Part shown: one piece after another, positions 1-13,510 of the stretch | Position numbering within the stretch: position 1 is the first letter of the stretch | Layout of the letters: each line of letters starts with the position of its first letter | Source: Lama glama | Taxonomy: Eukaryota | Direction of reading: 5' to 3' | Assembly: GCA_028534125.1 (NCBI GenBank) | Contig: CM052817.1 | Coordinates: forward strand, 8,310,001 to 8,374,000 | Length of the DNA: 64,000 nt | Program-made: the position numbers and the translations under genes | Notes under the pieces: generated by a model | Seen by the model: only the letters and a program-made list of their open reading frames with translations | Databases searched by the model: none | Told to the model about the DNA's origin: nothing

Positions 1-416
1 GGGTCAAGGAGCTGCCAAACACCAAATATACATCTTAATTGGTTGCAGGCAGTCACCTCCATCCAAGTCCTTGATGGGAAAGTGGCTCCCTCAGGGGCCC
101 ATAGAATTAGGGATTCAATGTCCTTGAAAAATCAAAACTAGCTTTGGAGTTTGAAATCACTCAAGAATGAAATATTTTTGATTGATATTCTATTCACAGG
201 GTGGTTAGGTTTCCTTGATTGTTTCATTTGACTTTGGGGTCTGGTCCTACAAAAATGCATCAGAACTCTGAACGCTGAGCTATGCTAAGCTGAGAGAGAA
301 GAAGGAAATAGTGTAAGAGTCACTGCTTCCCAGGAAGGGACGCACAGATCACACCTGCAGCTGCCACAGAATTAGGGGAGTTGTGATCACAAAAAGGGAT
401 GTGGAAGACACAGGTC

Positions 417-730
417 CCATTCATTTAAATTAGTTTTTTGAATGCCATGTGCTGAGCCCTGGGGCAGTGAAGTGAAATAGCCTTGCTTTCTAGGAGCTCC
501 TAGGCTAGTTGGGGAGAAGTGCTAACACATACTTACATGATATGTGTATGAGATGATACAACTTTGCACAGGCGGCGCAGATGAGGAAACAATCCGCTCT
601 GTGTCTGGGAATCTGAGGTTTCTATAGGTAAATGCCAACTAAGCAGAGCTTTAAAGCATGTACAAGAATTTTCTAGACATAATTTGAAGAGGGGCATTCT
701 AAGCACGGGCCATAGCATATCTAAAATCCT
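417..730 (-). mobile_element. L2 LINE 3' fragment (continues at ~1690 after an L1 insertion)
   Basis: Degenerate antisense L2 tail: 'ttttttgaatgccatgtgctgagccctgggg...ggagctcctaggctagttggggaga'. Confidence 0.6.
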
Positions 731-789
731 GGAATCATGTACATGTTCCACTTCACCCAAATTGTATCTTGAACAGTTGTACCAAGTAC

Positions 790-1510
790 CAAGCTAGAGG
801 TTGTCCAATAGTATCTCATTGTGATTTAATTTTCACTTACTTAATTACTAATGAAGTTCAGTGTCTTTTCATATGTTTACTGAAAATTTTTGTTTTCTGT
901 GCAATACTTGTTCATGACTTATGCCCATTTTTCTATTTAGGTTGTTTGTATTTTTCTTATTGTAGGAATTTTCATATATTCTGAATACTAATCCTTTACT
1001 GGTTTTGTTTTTTAAATATATTCTATGCATTTATTCTCATTTACATATATTATGTATTTCCTTATTTTATATATATGCAAAGTATATATTATTACATATG
1101 TAATTTATTTCTAATTAAATATTATACATTAAATAAGTCCCATTTTAAATAAATAAATGTATAAAAATATACAAGCTCCTATATATTCTCATATATAATA
1201 TTTATCTACATACCCCTTCTATATAAATAGATATATCTCTTATGGTTCATCTTTTCATTTTATATTATTTATTTCTGTATCTTGTTTAAGAAATGTTCTC
1301 TGCCCTCAGTCATAAGGATATGCTATTTTACATATATTTTATTCATACTTAAACGTGTAAATTATTTAGAATCGATTTCTGTGTGTGGTGTGATGTAGGC
1401 ATCCATTATATTTTATTTTTCAAAACAAGTAACTGATTCTCCCAGCACCATTATTGAATGGTTCATATTGTTTCAAATGTTCTGAAATACTTTGACATAT
1501 ATCACATTTC
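790..1510 (-). mobile_element. Old L1 (L1M-type) ORF2 3' fragment with an internal AT-rich expansion
   Basis: 'gtatctcattgtgatttaattttcac...cttttcatatgtttact' and 'cccagcaccattattgaa' match antisense L1 ORF2. Confidence 0.75.
1015..1275. repeat. AT-rich low-complexity tract
   Basis: Degenerate (TA)n/TATATT-rich sequence. Confidence 0.8.
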
Positions 1511-1689
1511 TAGAAGTACATTATTTTTCAATTAAGAAAATATCAATTTAAAATATCTTTATGAAACATCATGAAATACACATTAGCATCCTGACTTGAC
1601 GTACAGCTTGACCAGAGTTACATGGAAGACGATACAGACACTTTGACAACAGTGTCCATGTCCTATCACTTGGAGGGGTGAAAAAAAGA

Positions 1690-2260
1690 ACCATATCATG
1701 AAGGGATTTTGGGGACCTAGGATTTTACTCCACAGACAATTAGAAGCCATCAAAAGCTTTCAGCAGGGGAATGACATAGTTTGATTCACATTTTAACATG
1801 ATTCCCTTAGCTGTTGGATGATAAGTAAGCTGTGAGAAGGTACATGTAGATGTACAGTGGTCCAGGTATGAGGTGGTGTCACCTGGACCTTGGAGAGTCC
1901 AGTGGAGATGAACCATAAGGGAATGGATTTGAAATACATTTTAGAGATAAACACATCAGAACTTGCTGTCCAACTGGATTTAATTGGAGGCTGAAGGAAA
2001 GGGACAAATGAAAAAAGACATTTAGATCAAGCAGCTGGGTGGTGGTGGTGCCTGCTGAGATAGGGGAGGCTGGAGTGTAACAAGAGGAGTAAGGGGGACA
2101 GATCAAGTTGTAAGTCCTGTGAAACATGCAAACAGAGCTATCAACAGGCACTTGGATATACAAGTTTGGAACTGGGTTGGAGAGGTAGTCTGGTAAACAC
2201 TTGGATTGATTTGTGACTTTGGTGGGAACACACAGGAGTGGGATTATAAGCAATCCTGAT
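1690..2260 (-). mobile_element. L2 LINE fragment
   Basis: 'ggattttactcc...agaagccatcaaaagctttcagcaggggaatgacat', 'caggcacttggatatacaagtttggaact' are typical antisense L2. Confidence 0.75.
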
Positions 2261-2619
2261 CTTATGAAAAGCAAATGAGAAGTGACATTGGAGATCATAA
2301 GTGCAACCAAAATTTTGAAGAAACTCAGTTCTGGAGCAAATAAGATCAAAGGCAGAAGATAAAGAACTAGAGGTAGAGGGTTGATCAAGTGTATCTTTTT
2401 AAAATGGGAGAAATCCATACTTAGTGGAAGGAATTAATAGAAAAGTAGTGGCAGAAAATACAGGGAAAAGGAGGGAAAACTAAAAAAATAAAAAGACTGA
2501 GGAGGCAGAAAGGATGAGGAGACAGGGGTTCAGGGGATGCTTTTTGATGGGAGGGTAGAGAAGAAACCCACCATTTCCTGAGAGTGGCAGAAGAAGGGGA
2601 CGCTGTCATGTGACATCTA

Positions 2620-2810
2620 AGTACCAAGCTTCAGAGCCAGGTGGCCTGAGTTTGTGTTAGGCTCTGCTGTTTACAAGGGATGGAACCCTTTAAATCTCAG
2701 CTTCTTCAGTAATAACACGGGGATGATGATACTATTACCTGTGTGTAGGACTGTTAAGAGAGCGCTTGGCATACACCTCAATAAACTTGGGTCATATTGA
2801 ATGAATAAAT
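2620..2810 (+). mobile_element. MIR SINE
   Basis: 'gcttcagagccaggtggcctgagttt...ggctctgctgtttac...ctcagcttcttc...ggggatgatgatacta'. Confidence 0.65.
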
Positions 2811-3330
2811 ACAGGTTTGCATGCCTAAGTGGAAAGTAAAAATATAATCACACTGAGTTCCTCAGTTTCCCTAGCATGGTGATACAGGGATGGGTTGTGA
2901 AGACCCTTAGTTTGCAAAAGCTCCTCTGGATAATGGGAGAAGGAACTGATCACTAGAACTTCCTTCTTTCTACTGGCATTTATATAGCAGGTGAAACTGG
3001 TCCAAAGTGAGGCTAAACCGTAAATGGTTCAGGCTGTTCTTTTCCTGGTTATTACAAATGAGTAAGACTGGACCAAACTGCTCGGATTCTTGGAACTGGC
3101 CACAAAACATCATGGAGGGTTTTACAAAACTTGAAACAAAACCACGCTTTCCCTGCTGCCAGATCTGTGGACAGAGCTGCCTGCCTGGAAGATTGCTTCT
3201 TTGAAACGTGGCACACTGTGTGTTGCATTTTGTTTGCAGTTCAACTGACTTTCTTTCAGGTTGTCTGCAGTTGTGGGAGGGCAGATTTCAGCTCCGCAAG
3301 ATTGTGTAGACATTTAGTTAAATGTAGTTC

Positions 3331-4568
3331 TTTTTTTAAAATTTTATTTTATTGAGTTATAGTCAGTTTACAATGTTGCATCAATTTCCAATGTAGAGAA
3401 CAGTTTTTCAGTTATACATGAACATACATATATTCATTGTCCCGTTCTTTTTCGCTGTGAGCTACCACAAGATCTTGTATATATTTCCCTGTGCTACACA
3501 GTATAATCTTATCTATTCTATACATACCTGTCAGTACCTACAAATTTCGAATTCCCAGTCTGTCCCTTCCCACCCCCTTCCCCCTTGGCAACCACAAGTT
3601 TGTATTCTATATTTATGAGTCTGTTTCTGTTTTGCATTTATGTTCATTTGTCTTTTTCTTTTCTTTTTTTAGATTCCACACATGAGCAATTTCATGTGGT
3701 ATTTTTCTTTCTCTTTCTGGCTTACTTCACTTAGAATGACAGTCTCCGGGGACATCCATGTTGCTGCAAATGGCATTATGTTGTCACTTTTATGGCTGAA
3801 TAATATTCCACTGTATAAATATACTACGTCTTCTTTATCCAGTCATCTGTTGATGGACATTTAGGCTATTTCCATGTCTTGGCTATTGTACATAGCACTG
3901 ATATGAACACTGGGGTGCAGGTGTCTTTTTGAAGTAGGTTCCTTCTGGATATATGCCCAGAAGCGGGATTCCTGGGTCATATGGTAAGTCTATTCCTAGT
4001 CTTCTGAGGAATCTCCATACTGTTTTCCACAGTGGCTGCACCAAACTGCATTCCCACCAGCAGTGTAGGAGTGTTCCCTTTTCTCCATAGCCTCTCCAGC
4101 ATTTGTCATTTGTGGACTTTTGAATGATGGCCATTCTGACTGGTGTGAGGTGACACCTCATTGTAGTTTTGATTTGCATTTCTCAGATTATTAGTGATAT
4201 TGAGCATTTTTTCATGTGCTTATTGATCATTCATATTTCTTCATTGGAGAATTGCTTGTTTAATTCTTCTACTCATTTTTGGATTGAGTTGTTTGTTTTT
4301 TTCTTATTAAGTCGTCTGAGCTGCTTATATTTTCTGGAGATCAAGCTTTTGTCAGTTTCATCTTTTGCAAAAAATTTCTCCTATTCTGTAGGTTGTCTTT
4401 TTGTTTTGCTTATAGTTTCCTTTGCTGTGCAAAAGCTTGTAAGTTTAATTAGGTCCCATTTGTTTATTCTTGTTTTTATTTCTGTTGCTTGGGTAGACTG
4501 CCCTAGGAGAACATTTTTGAGATGTATGTGAGATAATATTTTGCTTATATTTTCTTCTAGGAGGTTTA
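3331..4568 (-). mobile_element. Young, 5'-truncated lineage-specific L1 (ORF2 C-terminus, 3'UTR, A-tail)
   Basis: ORF 3883..4179(-) is the ORF2 C-terminal cysteine-rich domain ([19 protein letters not shown]...[14 protein letters not shown]). ORF 4381..4572 reads [17 protein letters not shown]-tract at 3331. Confidence 0.95.
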
Positions 4569-5289
4569 CCATAAAAAAGGTTCTGATGGAGACTGACTAT
4601 AATATCTGGGGTTGATCTTGGTTCTTTTACTCCCGAACTGTGTGATGTTTCTTCAGCATCTAGAGAAGAAGGTTGGACTGTTGCTGATTCCTATCTAATT
4701 CTCCAACCACCTGCAACACAAAAATCTCACTAAGCAACTCTTGCCTGAGAGATGGTTCTTTCTTGCCTCTTGAAAGTGTGCGGAAGGAGCTTCTCTTAGC
4801 AGGAGGATGTCTCCAAACACATAGAATTAGCCTCTTGTGTACTATGTTAGTTACTCACCATTCTCTCCTATTTACTAGTAGATTTACTCAAGAAAACATT
4901 TGCTGAAGGTCCCCTGTGCTAGCTGCTGAAACTGTGGTAGCTTTCAAGAGAGAACTAGCTCTGTCTTCATGGACATCATAATCTTGGCTTCACCAAAGCA
5001 GCCCCATAAGGATGTTAATTTCCAGTAGAGTATGCTTTTATACTTCACTTAATATTTTGGACTCCACTTAATTCCACTCATCAAATATCATGGTTTTTGA
5101 AGATTATTTTTTGTTCACATTTTGGTGTCTGGTGTCCAGCATAATTTCTGGCATATACAAGGTGTACAATAATATCTGAAATGATCTCTGGTAATTTGAG
5201 AAGGTGCAGCCTTCTCAATAGGTTACGATTATAACAATGTAATTTCCATTTTGGTGCATTACGGAGAAAAGAGCATAATTGTCAGGAAG

Positions 5290-5480
5290 TTAACATTTGT
5301 TTAGCATTTGTCATGCAGCACTGTGTGTGTGCTTTACATACATTTGTTAATTTGATCCTTTTCAATTGCCTGTTTTTTAAAATGAGAAAACTTAAAACCA
5401 GAGAAGGTATGTAAGCAGCCATGTTACTTAGCTATGATGTAGCAGAGACATGCTTTCTATCATGGTCTGTCTGACTTCAA
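5290..5480 (-). mobile_element. MIR SINE
   Basis: 'ttttaaaatgagaaaacttaaaaccagagaaggt...ggtctgtctgacttcaaa'. Confidence 0.7.
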
Positions 5481-6564
5481 ATATTGTGCTTCTATTTCTA
5501 CATGTCTTGTACGATCACAGGAATTACTGTTGTTGTCAGATGTAGAATCCGTGACCGGTGCTATTACATAAGTAAAGGTGAGGACTTCCAGGTCCTGTCT
5601 GCCTGTGTCAGACTCTCTCCAGCTTCACTGTCATTGATCACAGAAGCCCCAGGGGTTGCAGACTGTAACAGATCCCAGTCAGATGATGGCACAAAATTAC
5701 AAATTAGAAGTAAAATAAGTACTGTTGTTGTTTTTCAACCATGGTAATAATAATGGCTTACACTGATCTGATGCTTTGTGGACTGTAAAACACTTGTCCC
5801 TGTGTCAGCACTCCTGGGAAGTAGGTGAGGCAGGGATCAGCAAGCTTCTTTTCCCGCACCTGAGCTCACCCTGCTGGTTAGTGGCTTGGATAAGTCTGGG
5901 CTTTTTGCTCCTTGTCCAGTAATACACAGAATAATGAAAGAGGCTCTCAGTTTAGACTGGCCACGTGTGTGCCAGCTATAAGCTAACCCAGCAGATGCAC
6001 AGATTTATAGCTAGGCTTCAAATGGTAACAACATAATTTCATGATGGCTCACAGTTTATTTTTCCTTTAAGAAAGGAAAGATGCCCTTTCTTCTTTCTTC
6101 CTTTGTGTTTTGTAAGAAAATCCAGTTGTGAGTTGCAGCCAGGAGAGAATGGGGTGTTCTCATTTTGTTCAATTTTCAGACCATCACAAAGGAAGGAAAA
6201 GCTTTTTAGTCATTTGGAAATGATAATAAACAGGATTATGGGTCAGGTAATTTACAAGAGACCTGAACAGTTTTGATACTTTTACCTGTACTTATGGGAG
6301 CCCCCAACCCAAGACCGTTTTTGTTGGCTTTCTAATGTATCCCGTCTAAAGCTGCAGCCAGCAAGGGCACTGAAAGCTCATCTTGCTTTTCTTACCCAAA
6401 GGAGCTTATCTCTGAGCTGGCCACTCACCAAGAATTACATGCTGGGGCTTCTGTGGCTTTTAGTGGCAGTGTTTTCTTTTCTGTCCCCTTTACTTCTCCA
6501 TGTTATGGCCTATGCTTAGAGAATCTCTGCTCCTCTGGAGACAGGCAGTTTGAGTTCAAAGAAG

Positions 6565-6750
6565 CACACAGTGGATTTAGGAAATACAGCACCGGGGGTT
6601 TGCTGCCAGCTCCACCATTTAGAGGCTTTGTGATACTGGGGGAGTCATTTCATAAGCTTCACTTTCTTCATCTGTGAAATGGGAATAAGGCCTACCTCAC
6701 AGAGTTGTTGTGTGAATGACACGTAAAACTGTATGTGAAAAATACTTTGC
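6565..6750 (+). mobile_element. MIR SINE
   Basis: MIR core 'cttcactttcttcatctgtgaaatgggaataaggcctacctcacagagttgttgtg'. Confidence 0.8.
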
Positions 6751-6909
6751 ACACAAAATTGACCTTTACTGTCTTAATTATTATGTCTTTTCACATTTAT
6801 GGCTCTCTCTCTGGGTTTTTGAAACTTACCGTCCATTTCCAACAAGATGTTTCTTCCCCAAACTTATTTTAAGTTGTTTTTGTCATTCTTTTTGAAAGGC
6901 CTGGGGCTG

Positions 6910-7338
6910 TTTGGTGGTTAATTTTATGTGTCAACTTGTCTGGGCCATGATGCCCAGATATGTGGTCAAGTATCATACTGGATGTTTCTACAAAGATGTT
7001 TTTTGGATAATATTAACATTTAAACCTGTAGACTTTGAGTAAAGCAGACTGCCCTTCGTAATGTGGGTGAGCCTTATCTAATCAGTTGATGTCCTGAATA
7101 AAACAAAAGACTGCCCCTCCCCCCCGCCTCCAAGCATGAGGGATTTCTGTGGCAGAAGCCTTCAGACTTGACTTGCAGCACTGGCTCTTTCCTGGGTCTC
7201 TAGTCTGCTGGCCTACACTGCAAATTTTGGACTTACCAGCCCCCATATTCATGGGAGCTGATTTCTTAGAATAAATCTATTTCTACATATATACACAACT
7301 TATTGGTTCTGCTTTTCTGGAGAACCCTGACTAATATG
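6910..7338 (+). mobile_element. MLT2-family (ERVL) solo LTR
   Basis: Start 'tggttaattttatgtgtcaacttgtctgggcc', end 'ttattggttctgcttttctggagaaccctgactaata', AATAAA near the 3' end. Confidence 0.9.
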
Positions 7339-8299
7339 AGCTTGTTTGTGATAGCATCCTTTGTAGGTCACCACTGAGGCAAGAAGTGATGGCCCCTCAT
7401 CAGACCCTTGGAGTTGAGTTGTGCATCAGGATGCTGGGCTGGGAGGCTGGCACCTGATGACCCTCAAGTTAGTGTCTTTCTGTCAACGTGGTTCCAGCAT
7501 GATGGGAATGGACCTACCAGTACTGATGTCTCATACAGCTCTGGGCTCTCACTCCTTTTCTATGAACTCTCTTCCCCAACAATCCTAGGCAAAGCCTGAA
7601 TCTTTTCAAGGAGTGCTCCTCCTCTAAATATAGGGAAATTTTTGGACTTTGTGTTTGGTGGTCTTGCTTACACATCAGTTACATTGTGTCTCCTGCTCTT
7701 AGACACCCCAAGGAGTTCCCTATTCCCACCACATCAAGTGCAAATGCCCTTGCCTGGATCTGAGCAAATTACATCCATCTTTTTCTCATCCCTTGAAAGT
7801 GACTTGCTCATTTCTGCCTCCATATTTTTGCTCATTTCCATTCTTTCTAAAGTGGTTTCCATCATGCCACTCAGGGCTGTCTAGGCTTTGGGACTTCCGA
7901 CTCCCAGTTGGAATCCACCAAACTTCCTTCTTCAAACTCTCCTTGATGGCTCCTATCTCATGCTGACGACTCTGCCCTGAGCTTCAACACCCTTGACAAA
8001 TCTGCTCCACAGGGTTCAACAATACATTATACACTTCCTTGCAGTCATTTTTTAAAAGGCTCAAACTCAGTTGAGAGCTTTCAAACTCAATCATGTGAGA
8101 AATGGTTAATTGAATAACTACTATTCACTCTATCAGTTACCTGAGCTAAATGTGTAAGACAAAGCTTGCATTCTTAAATGGCTTGTATCTAGTGGGAGAG
8201 ATAGACCAGGAACCAGAAAATTGAAGTGCAGTGATATGAGTGGTAAAACAGAGATGTGTGCAAAGGGGAGAGGGGAAGTGAATGTGGGACGGATCTATC

Positions 8300-8490
8300 G
8301 TTGAACTCCTATCATGTTCTGAGCCCTGTGCTAGTGATTTACATGCATCATCTTATTTAGTACTTAAAAAATCCTTCAAGGAGGATGTGGAGCAATGTCC
8401 CTACCTTCCCAATGAGACCAAGAAAGAGGTGACTTGACAACATCAGAGAATTTGGTGGAGTTGGTGGGTCTGAAGCCTCCAAAGCCCATT
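8300..8490 (-). mobile_element. MIR SINE
   Basis: 'gagccctgtgctagtgatttacatgcatcatcttatttagtactt...tctgaagcctccaaagcccatt'. Confidence 0.6.
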
Positions 8491-8965
8491 CACTTTTCCA
8501 TTATCCTGTCTGTTAGGAGGGTTGATTGGTAACTGCTAGCAAGTCATGCTCTGCCATTGGCCCCTCAGACCCTTCCCTCCTTTCAGTGATATTTGGGCTG
8601 TTTGCACCTTTTCTTTCCTCTCACAAGAACTTCTGTTTTGCTGGAGATTACCAAAGCAAGATAACAAACAAATAATAAGAGCAAGCATAAGCAAAATCAA
8701 AATCCCTTCTTTTTTGTAATGTGAAGAAGCTTCTAGTTATTAATTCACTGTTAAAACCTGCATTTGAAGGAATAAGTTTTAACTTTTAAATTAATTTATT
8801 ATTTGTTTGGTAGTCATACACAATCATTAAACATCCAACATGTGTTAAGACATTTCATCAAATCTAGTTCTGAAGCAGTATTTTTTGATGGGTTTGTTAT
8901 AAAATCTCTTTATTATCCAACTGGATTTGTTTTTCTCAAGAAACAATAGATTTAAGTATGCTTTA

Positions 8966-9040
8966 AGGGAGGAAGGGAAGAAGGAACAAAGGAAGGAAGG
9001 AAAGTAACAAAGGAAGGAAGGAAAGAAGAAAAGAGGAAGG
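8966..9040 (+). repeat. GA-rich (GGAA)n-like low-complexity tract
   Basis: 'agggaggaagggaagaaggaacaaaggaaggaagg...'. Confidence 0.8.
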
Positions 9041-9196
9041 GTGGGCTGAGATGATGGACCACTGCAAGGCATTCTGGGAGTGATACTCTACTGGTAGCTC
9101 TGGGTCCACTGAGAGTAGAGAACATGTTCCCTTGGACATGTTTAAGATTCTGTGTTCACTCCCCTCAGGACAGACGACTCCCTCTCATTACAGGGC

Positions 9197-9530
9197 TGTC
9201 TTAGTAGCTTGGGTTGATGTAAAAATTTACCATAGACTGGGTGGCTTAAAGATTTCTTTCTTACAGTTCTGGAGGTGATGCAGAAATGGATAGTTTCTTG
9301 ATCCATGCTCACATGGCCGAGAGAGAGGAGAGAAATAGAGAGAGAAAGGGAACACTCTCTGGTTTCTTCATCCCCTTATAAGGACACCCGTCCCATCATG
9401 GAAGCTATACATCCCATGACTTCATTCAAATTCAATTATTTCCCAAAGGTCACGCCTCCAAACCATCATATTGAGGATTAGGGCTTCAACATATGGATTT
9501 CGGCTGGACAAACATATTCAGTCCACAGCA
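9197..9530 (-). mobile_element. MLT1A/MST-type MaLR solo LTR
   Basis: 'tgtcttagt...ccatagactgggtggcttaaa' to 'agggcttcaacatatggattt...attcagtccacagca'. Confidence 0.85.
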
Positions 9531-9914
9531 AGGATTCCTTTGTCTCTGTACTGCAGCCTCCGCCATTTTGTCTTCTCCTTTGTCTGGCACTTGAAACACC
9601 TGATGCCACATGGACTTAATGATCCTGCTGGTGGGAATGAGACAGCTCTCCCTTGACTGATGAGTCTTTCCAACTATAACCTTTCTTTTCAACTTTATCT
9701 TCCAAAACACTTCCTCCCAATCCCTATATCACTACATTCCAGTCAAGCAGATTCCATGCCCCTCAACATTCCTTTGCTTCAGTTGTTCCCTTCCTTTGGG
9801 TCTACTGCCTACCATTTCTGCCCTGTCCTTCAAAACCCACTTTATCAAAGCCCCCTCTGCTCTCTTCAATTGGAATCTATCTCTGTTCTCCTGTTATTAA
9901 CTTTTATAGGTGAA

Positions 9915-10380
9915 AGAAACTAAGATCCAGATCTGAATTCTGCTTCTGTCACTCACCAGCTGTGTGCTTTTGAGTGAGTTCCATAGCCTCCCCCAGCTTC
10001 ACCTCAGCCTCCTCTCTCATTAAGCAAGGAACGTAAACCTCCATCATGCCTTTGAGACTTTGCACATGTTATTTTCTCTGCCAAGAGCAATCTCTTCTTC
10101 TAGTTTGCTTGGCTGACTCATTTTTTGGGACTCAGCTTTGAAGTTACTTCTTCCTAGAAGACTTCTTGGATCCTCCAAATTGGTATCAGGTGTCCTCTGC
10201 TTCCCCTGTCAGCACTTCATGTTAAATTGTAATTATATGTTTGCTTGTTTCTATCCCTTTACCATATCACAGGACCTAGAGCATAAGAGTAATGATCAGT
10301 AAGTATTGTCAAGAGATACTTTACTTATCATGTGAGGAAAGCACATGGCATATGTAAGTAGCTGCTCGATAAAGGTATTG
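9915..10380 (+). mobile_element. MIR split by an L2 3' fragment (~10040-10310)
   Basis: MIR head 'gatccagatctgaattctgcttctgtcactcaccagctgtgtg', then L2 'gactttgcacatgttattttctctgcc', then MIR tail 'gaaagcacatggcatatgtaag'. Confidence 0.55.
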
Positions 10381-12509
10381 AGCTCTCCTCCCTCCCTGTA
10401 CCTCAGTGTGCCTTTGTTCCTGTCTCTCCACTTGATTTTATACTTTTCAAGACCTGGATTCACTTGGTTCTCTACATCTAAAGACCTGGATCCATGACTT
10501 AATTATCTTTGGATCCCTCACAAAGTCTAACACTCAGCACCACACATGCAATAGTTACTGGACAAATGTCAACCATGATATGCATCAGTCTGAAATTCTT
10601 TACATTCAAGTCTTCATGTTAGGAAAGCACTTTGCCTACCTTTGTTGGTGTCATAATTGAGAGCTCAGTTTACTTAAAACAGCATTTCTCTTTTTAATAA
10701 GAAATGTTCAGTGATTGATTGTGGAATGAATAGGTGACGAATTCATAAAATTCTTGTTTGTGTTTGGGTTGGATTTAAGTTGTTCCCATGAGGACAGGGA
10801 GTTCCTGTTCTTCATCTTGTATCTCACTGTGCCTTGCATGTGGGGTCTTGCTGAACTGGATTGTGGAATAAGCCTGGGGATTCTGCTTTTGTCTGACTAT
10901 TTGGAAACTTCTTAGAAAACTGCCCCAAAGGTTACTTTGGCTGTTATAGTGGCAGACAGTGCGTGGACAGATGAAGGGAGAGAAGAAAATAGAAGAGCCA
11001 TGAATGCATTTTTAAATGGAAGACAATCATGTCGGAAGGCTGGCATGGAAACCTACTCTCTCTCATCCTCTCTTCCCTGTTGCCCATTTCAGGGCCTTCC
11101 AGGAAATAACAAGAGGCTACATTTTCTGTAATGAGATAGAAAGGGCCAAGATATCAGTTGGACAGACCAGGACGGAAGACCAAGCACAGAGGGGTGGGCT
11201 TTTCCCACTCTGTCGTCAGCCCTGCCAGGTGGGTCTTGGCTTGTCCTGAAGTTCCCTGGCTGAGGGTTTCCTCCTCCTCCTCGCAGCCCAGCAGAACCCC
11301 CAGCCCAGCTGAGAGACAGAGAGTGTGAACAGGGCAGGCACGCGAGGCAGCTGCTGAGGGCATGCACTCTTTTATTTCATACTTAGATTTACAAGTATAA
11401 TGAGGCTTCATCTGCTGACTGCCAGCCTACCATCCATCAACACTGTTCCACTGGAGGCAGAGCCCAGGTCCTGTTGGGCCTCTGAAACATTGGTATGCTC
11501 TCTTCTCCTGCCTTGTGGGTCTGATACACAAAGGGAATGGGGCTACAGATGGAAGCTGTTTGCTGCATGTGTGTGTCTGGGGGCAGGCAAGCCTGCAACT
11601 AGCGTCCCTGCCAGGAAACACACCAGCTGGTGATGTTTTTATGTCTGCTTCCCCCAGCTCCAACTCTAGCGTGGAGCAAATCAGAGAACTGATGTGCTAA
11701 GCCTGACTTCCTTCTCCTTCCAGCTTCCATTCTGGGTTTATACACTCTTGGCATGAGGGTTGCTCAGCTGTAGGCCTTGCTTCCCAGTCCCCTTGGCAGT
11801 GAGGTTGTGATGACTGGCCCTCTGGGATGTAGGGAGGAAGTGTATGATCCCTGCACCTGCTCTGGCTTGCATAAGGGGTTTTCCCCTCTCACCCATTAGG
11901 TTGAGACAACTTGGTACAAATGGGCTATTTCTAGCTCATTGTAAGGGAGAGTTGGACGGAATTCTCTTTTCAGAAGGAAAGCCTTATGGATACACTATTT
12001 GAGAGTCATATGGCATCATGATAGATACTGTTAGTGTTGAATCTTGAGAGGAGGCAGTCTGGGTTCTGTATTTAAGACCTTCCATCCATCTCCTTTGACC
12101 ACACTGGGTTCCTCAAAGCTGGAGGCTTTAATAAGTCCTTGGAACATATGATTCTGAATTCATAGATTTCCTAGATGAGTGACTTTGGGAAGTTACTTAT
12201 TTAATCTCCCTAGCTCTTAGTGTCCTCATTTAGTGAATGAAGAATGAGTAAATGGATGAAGACACCTGTCTATCATCTATCTACTGAGAATTTTAATGCC
12301 AATCCCCGTATGATTTTCTACCCCTATGAGCGGTACTGAATTGTGTCGAAATCTCACAGGCTTCTGAATCCCCTTGTGCAATGAGAGGTTTGTAACTTGG
12401 GCTGCTGGGGTTTCTCTTTCCAAAGTCATGTGTATATGTGAGTGAGTGAATACTTGCATGTGTTTGTGTGTTGGTCTTTAACACTCTGTCTGAGAGGCTA
12501 ATGGAATCA

Positions 12510-12745
12510 TGATGGTGCTCTGAGGTCAAAATGCCCAGGTTGGATTTTGGCTCTCCTACTTACTAGTAATTTCACCTTGGACAAGTGGTTTAACCAATTC
12601 GTGTTTTAATTTTCTCTTTTATAAGATGGTGGTAATAATAATAATGATGCCCATCTCTTGATGTTTTTGTGGGATTCAATTAGTTTATACAGTGATTACT
12701 TAGAACAATGCTTAGTACCTGATATGCTGTATAAGTTTTCTTACT
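12510..12745 (+). mobile_element. MIR SINE, near full length
   Basis: 'gctctgaggtcaaaatgcccaggttggattttggctctcctacttactag...ccttggacaagtggtttaacc...cttagaacaatgcttagtac'. Confidence 0.8.
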
Positions 12746-13510
12746 GGGGGTGGTGATCAAGGAATGTGATTTCATAGTGTCTTACTCTTAGGCAGTTGTC
12801 TGCAAGTATGTAAACATTTTTACTTTATGCACAAGACCTCGCAATTTTGCCTTCAGAGTATGTTCTATATGAAGACTCCCCTACTCCTTAATGCCCTTTC
12901 TGTCCTTCATCTTTCCTTGCCCTCTTCCAGCAGCTCCACTTTAAGTACCCCTCCTACTGGTGTCTCACCACCCTCCCACTGTCTTGAGAATAAAGACTCT
13001 GATCAGGTCCCTTCTTTGTCATATAAAGATATAGACACACACACTTATATATGTACTATAAGTACAATTCCAGTGTCACTAGGAACTGAAGTTCTCCTCA
13101 TTAGAGACAAAAAATACATGTAAAATGAATCCTGATACATTTTCTGTGCAAAAAGGTTGTTAGCTCTGTCCACTGGAAAAGCCTAGAAAGGATGGTCAAC
13201 CCAGTAGCAATGAGAACCCTTCACATCCAAATTGTGGTCTCCAAATAACATTGCTCACAAGAGCTGAGACAGGAAATGTATTAGCTGAATCTGTGATATC
13301 TTGTCATGCCATAAAGTAAGAAAGCTATCTAAGGCTCTTGGGGCCATGCTCAAATGACTTAGGAGAAATGTGAAGTTGCCCCTAAGTAGTTCCAATGGCT
13401 AAAGATAAACTTTAAACATCAGAAAGAATAATAGCTGCAATATATTGAAATACATCAAATAAGTTAGAAATCTCTGAGCGCATAATAATATTTAAAAAGA
13501 AGTCATTGGT

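Noticed and set aside
1879..2418. Longest gap-free ORF (179 aa, minus strand)
   Set aside because: It largely overlaps an L2 relic and has L/S/P-biased composition, consistent with a chance open frame.
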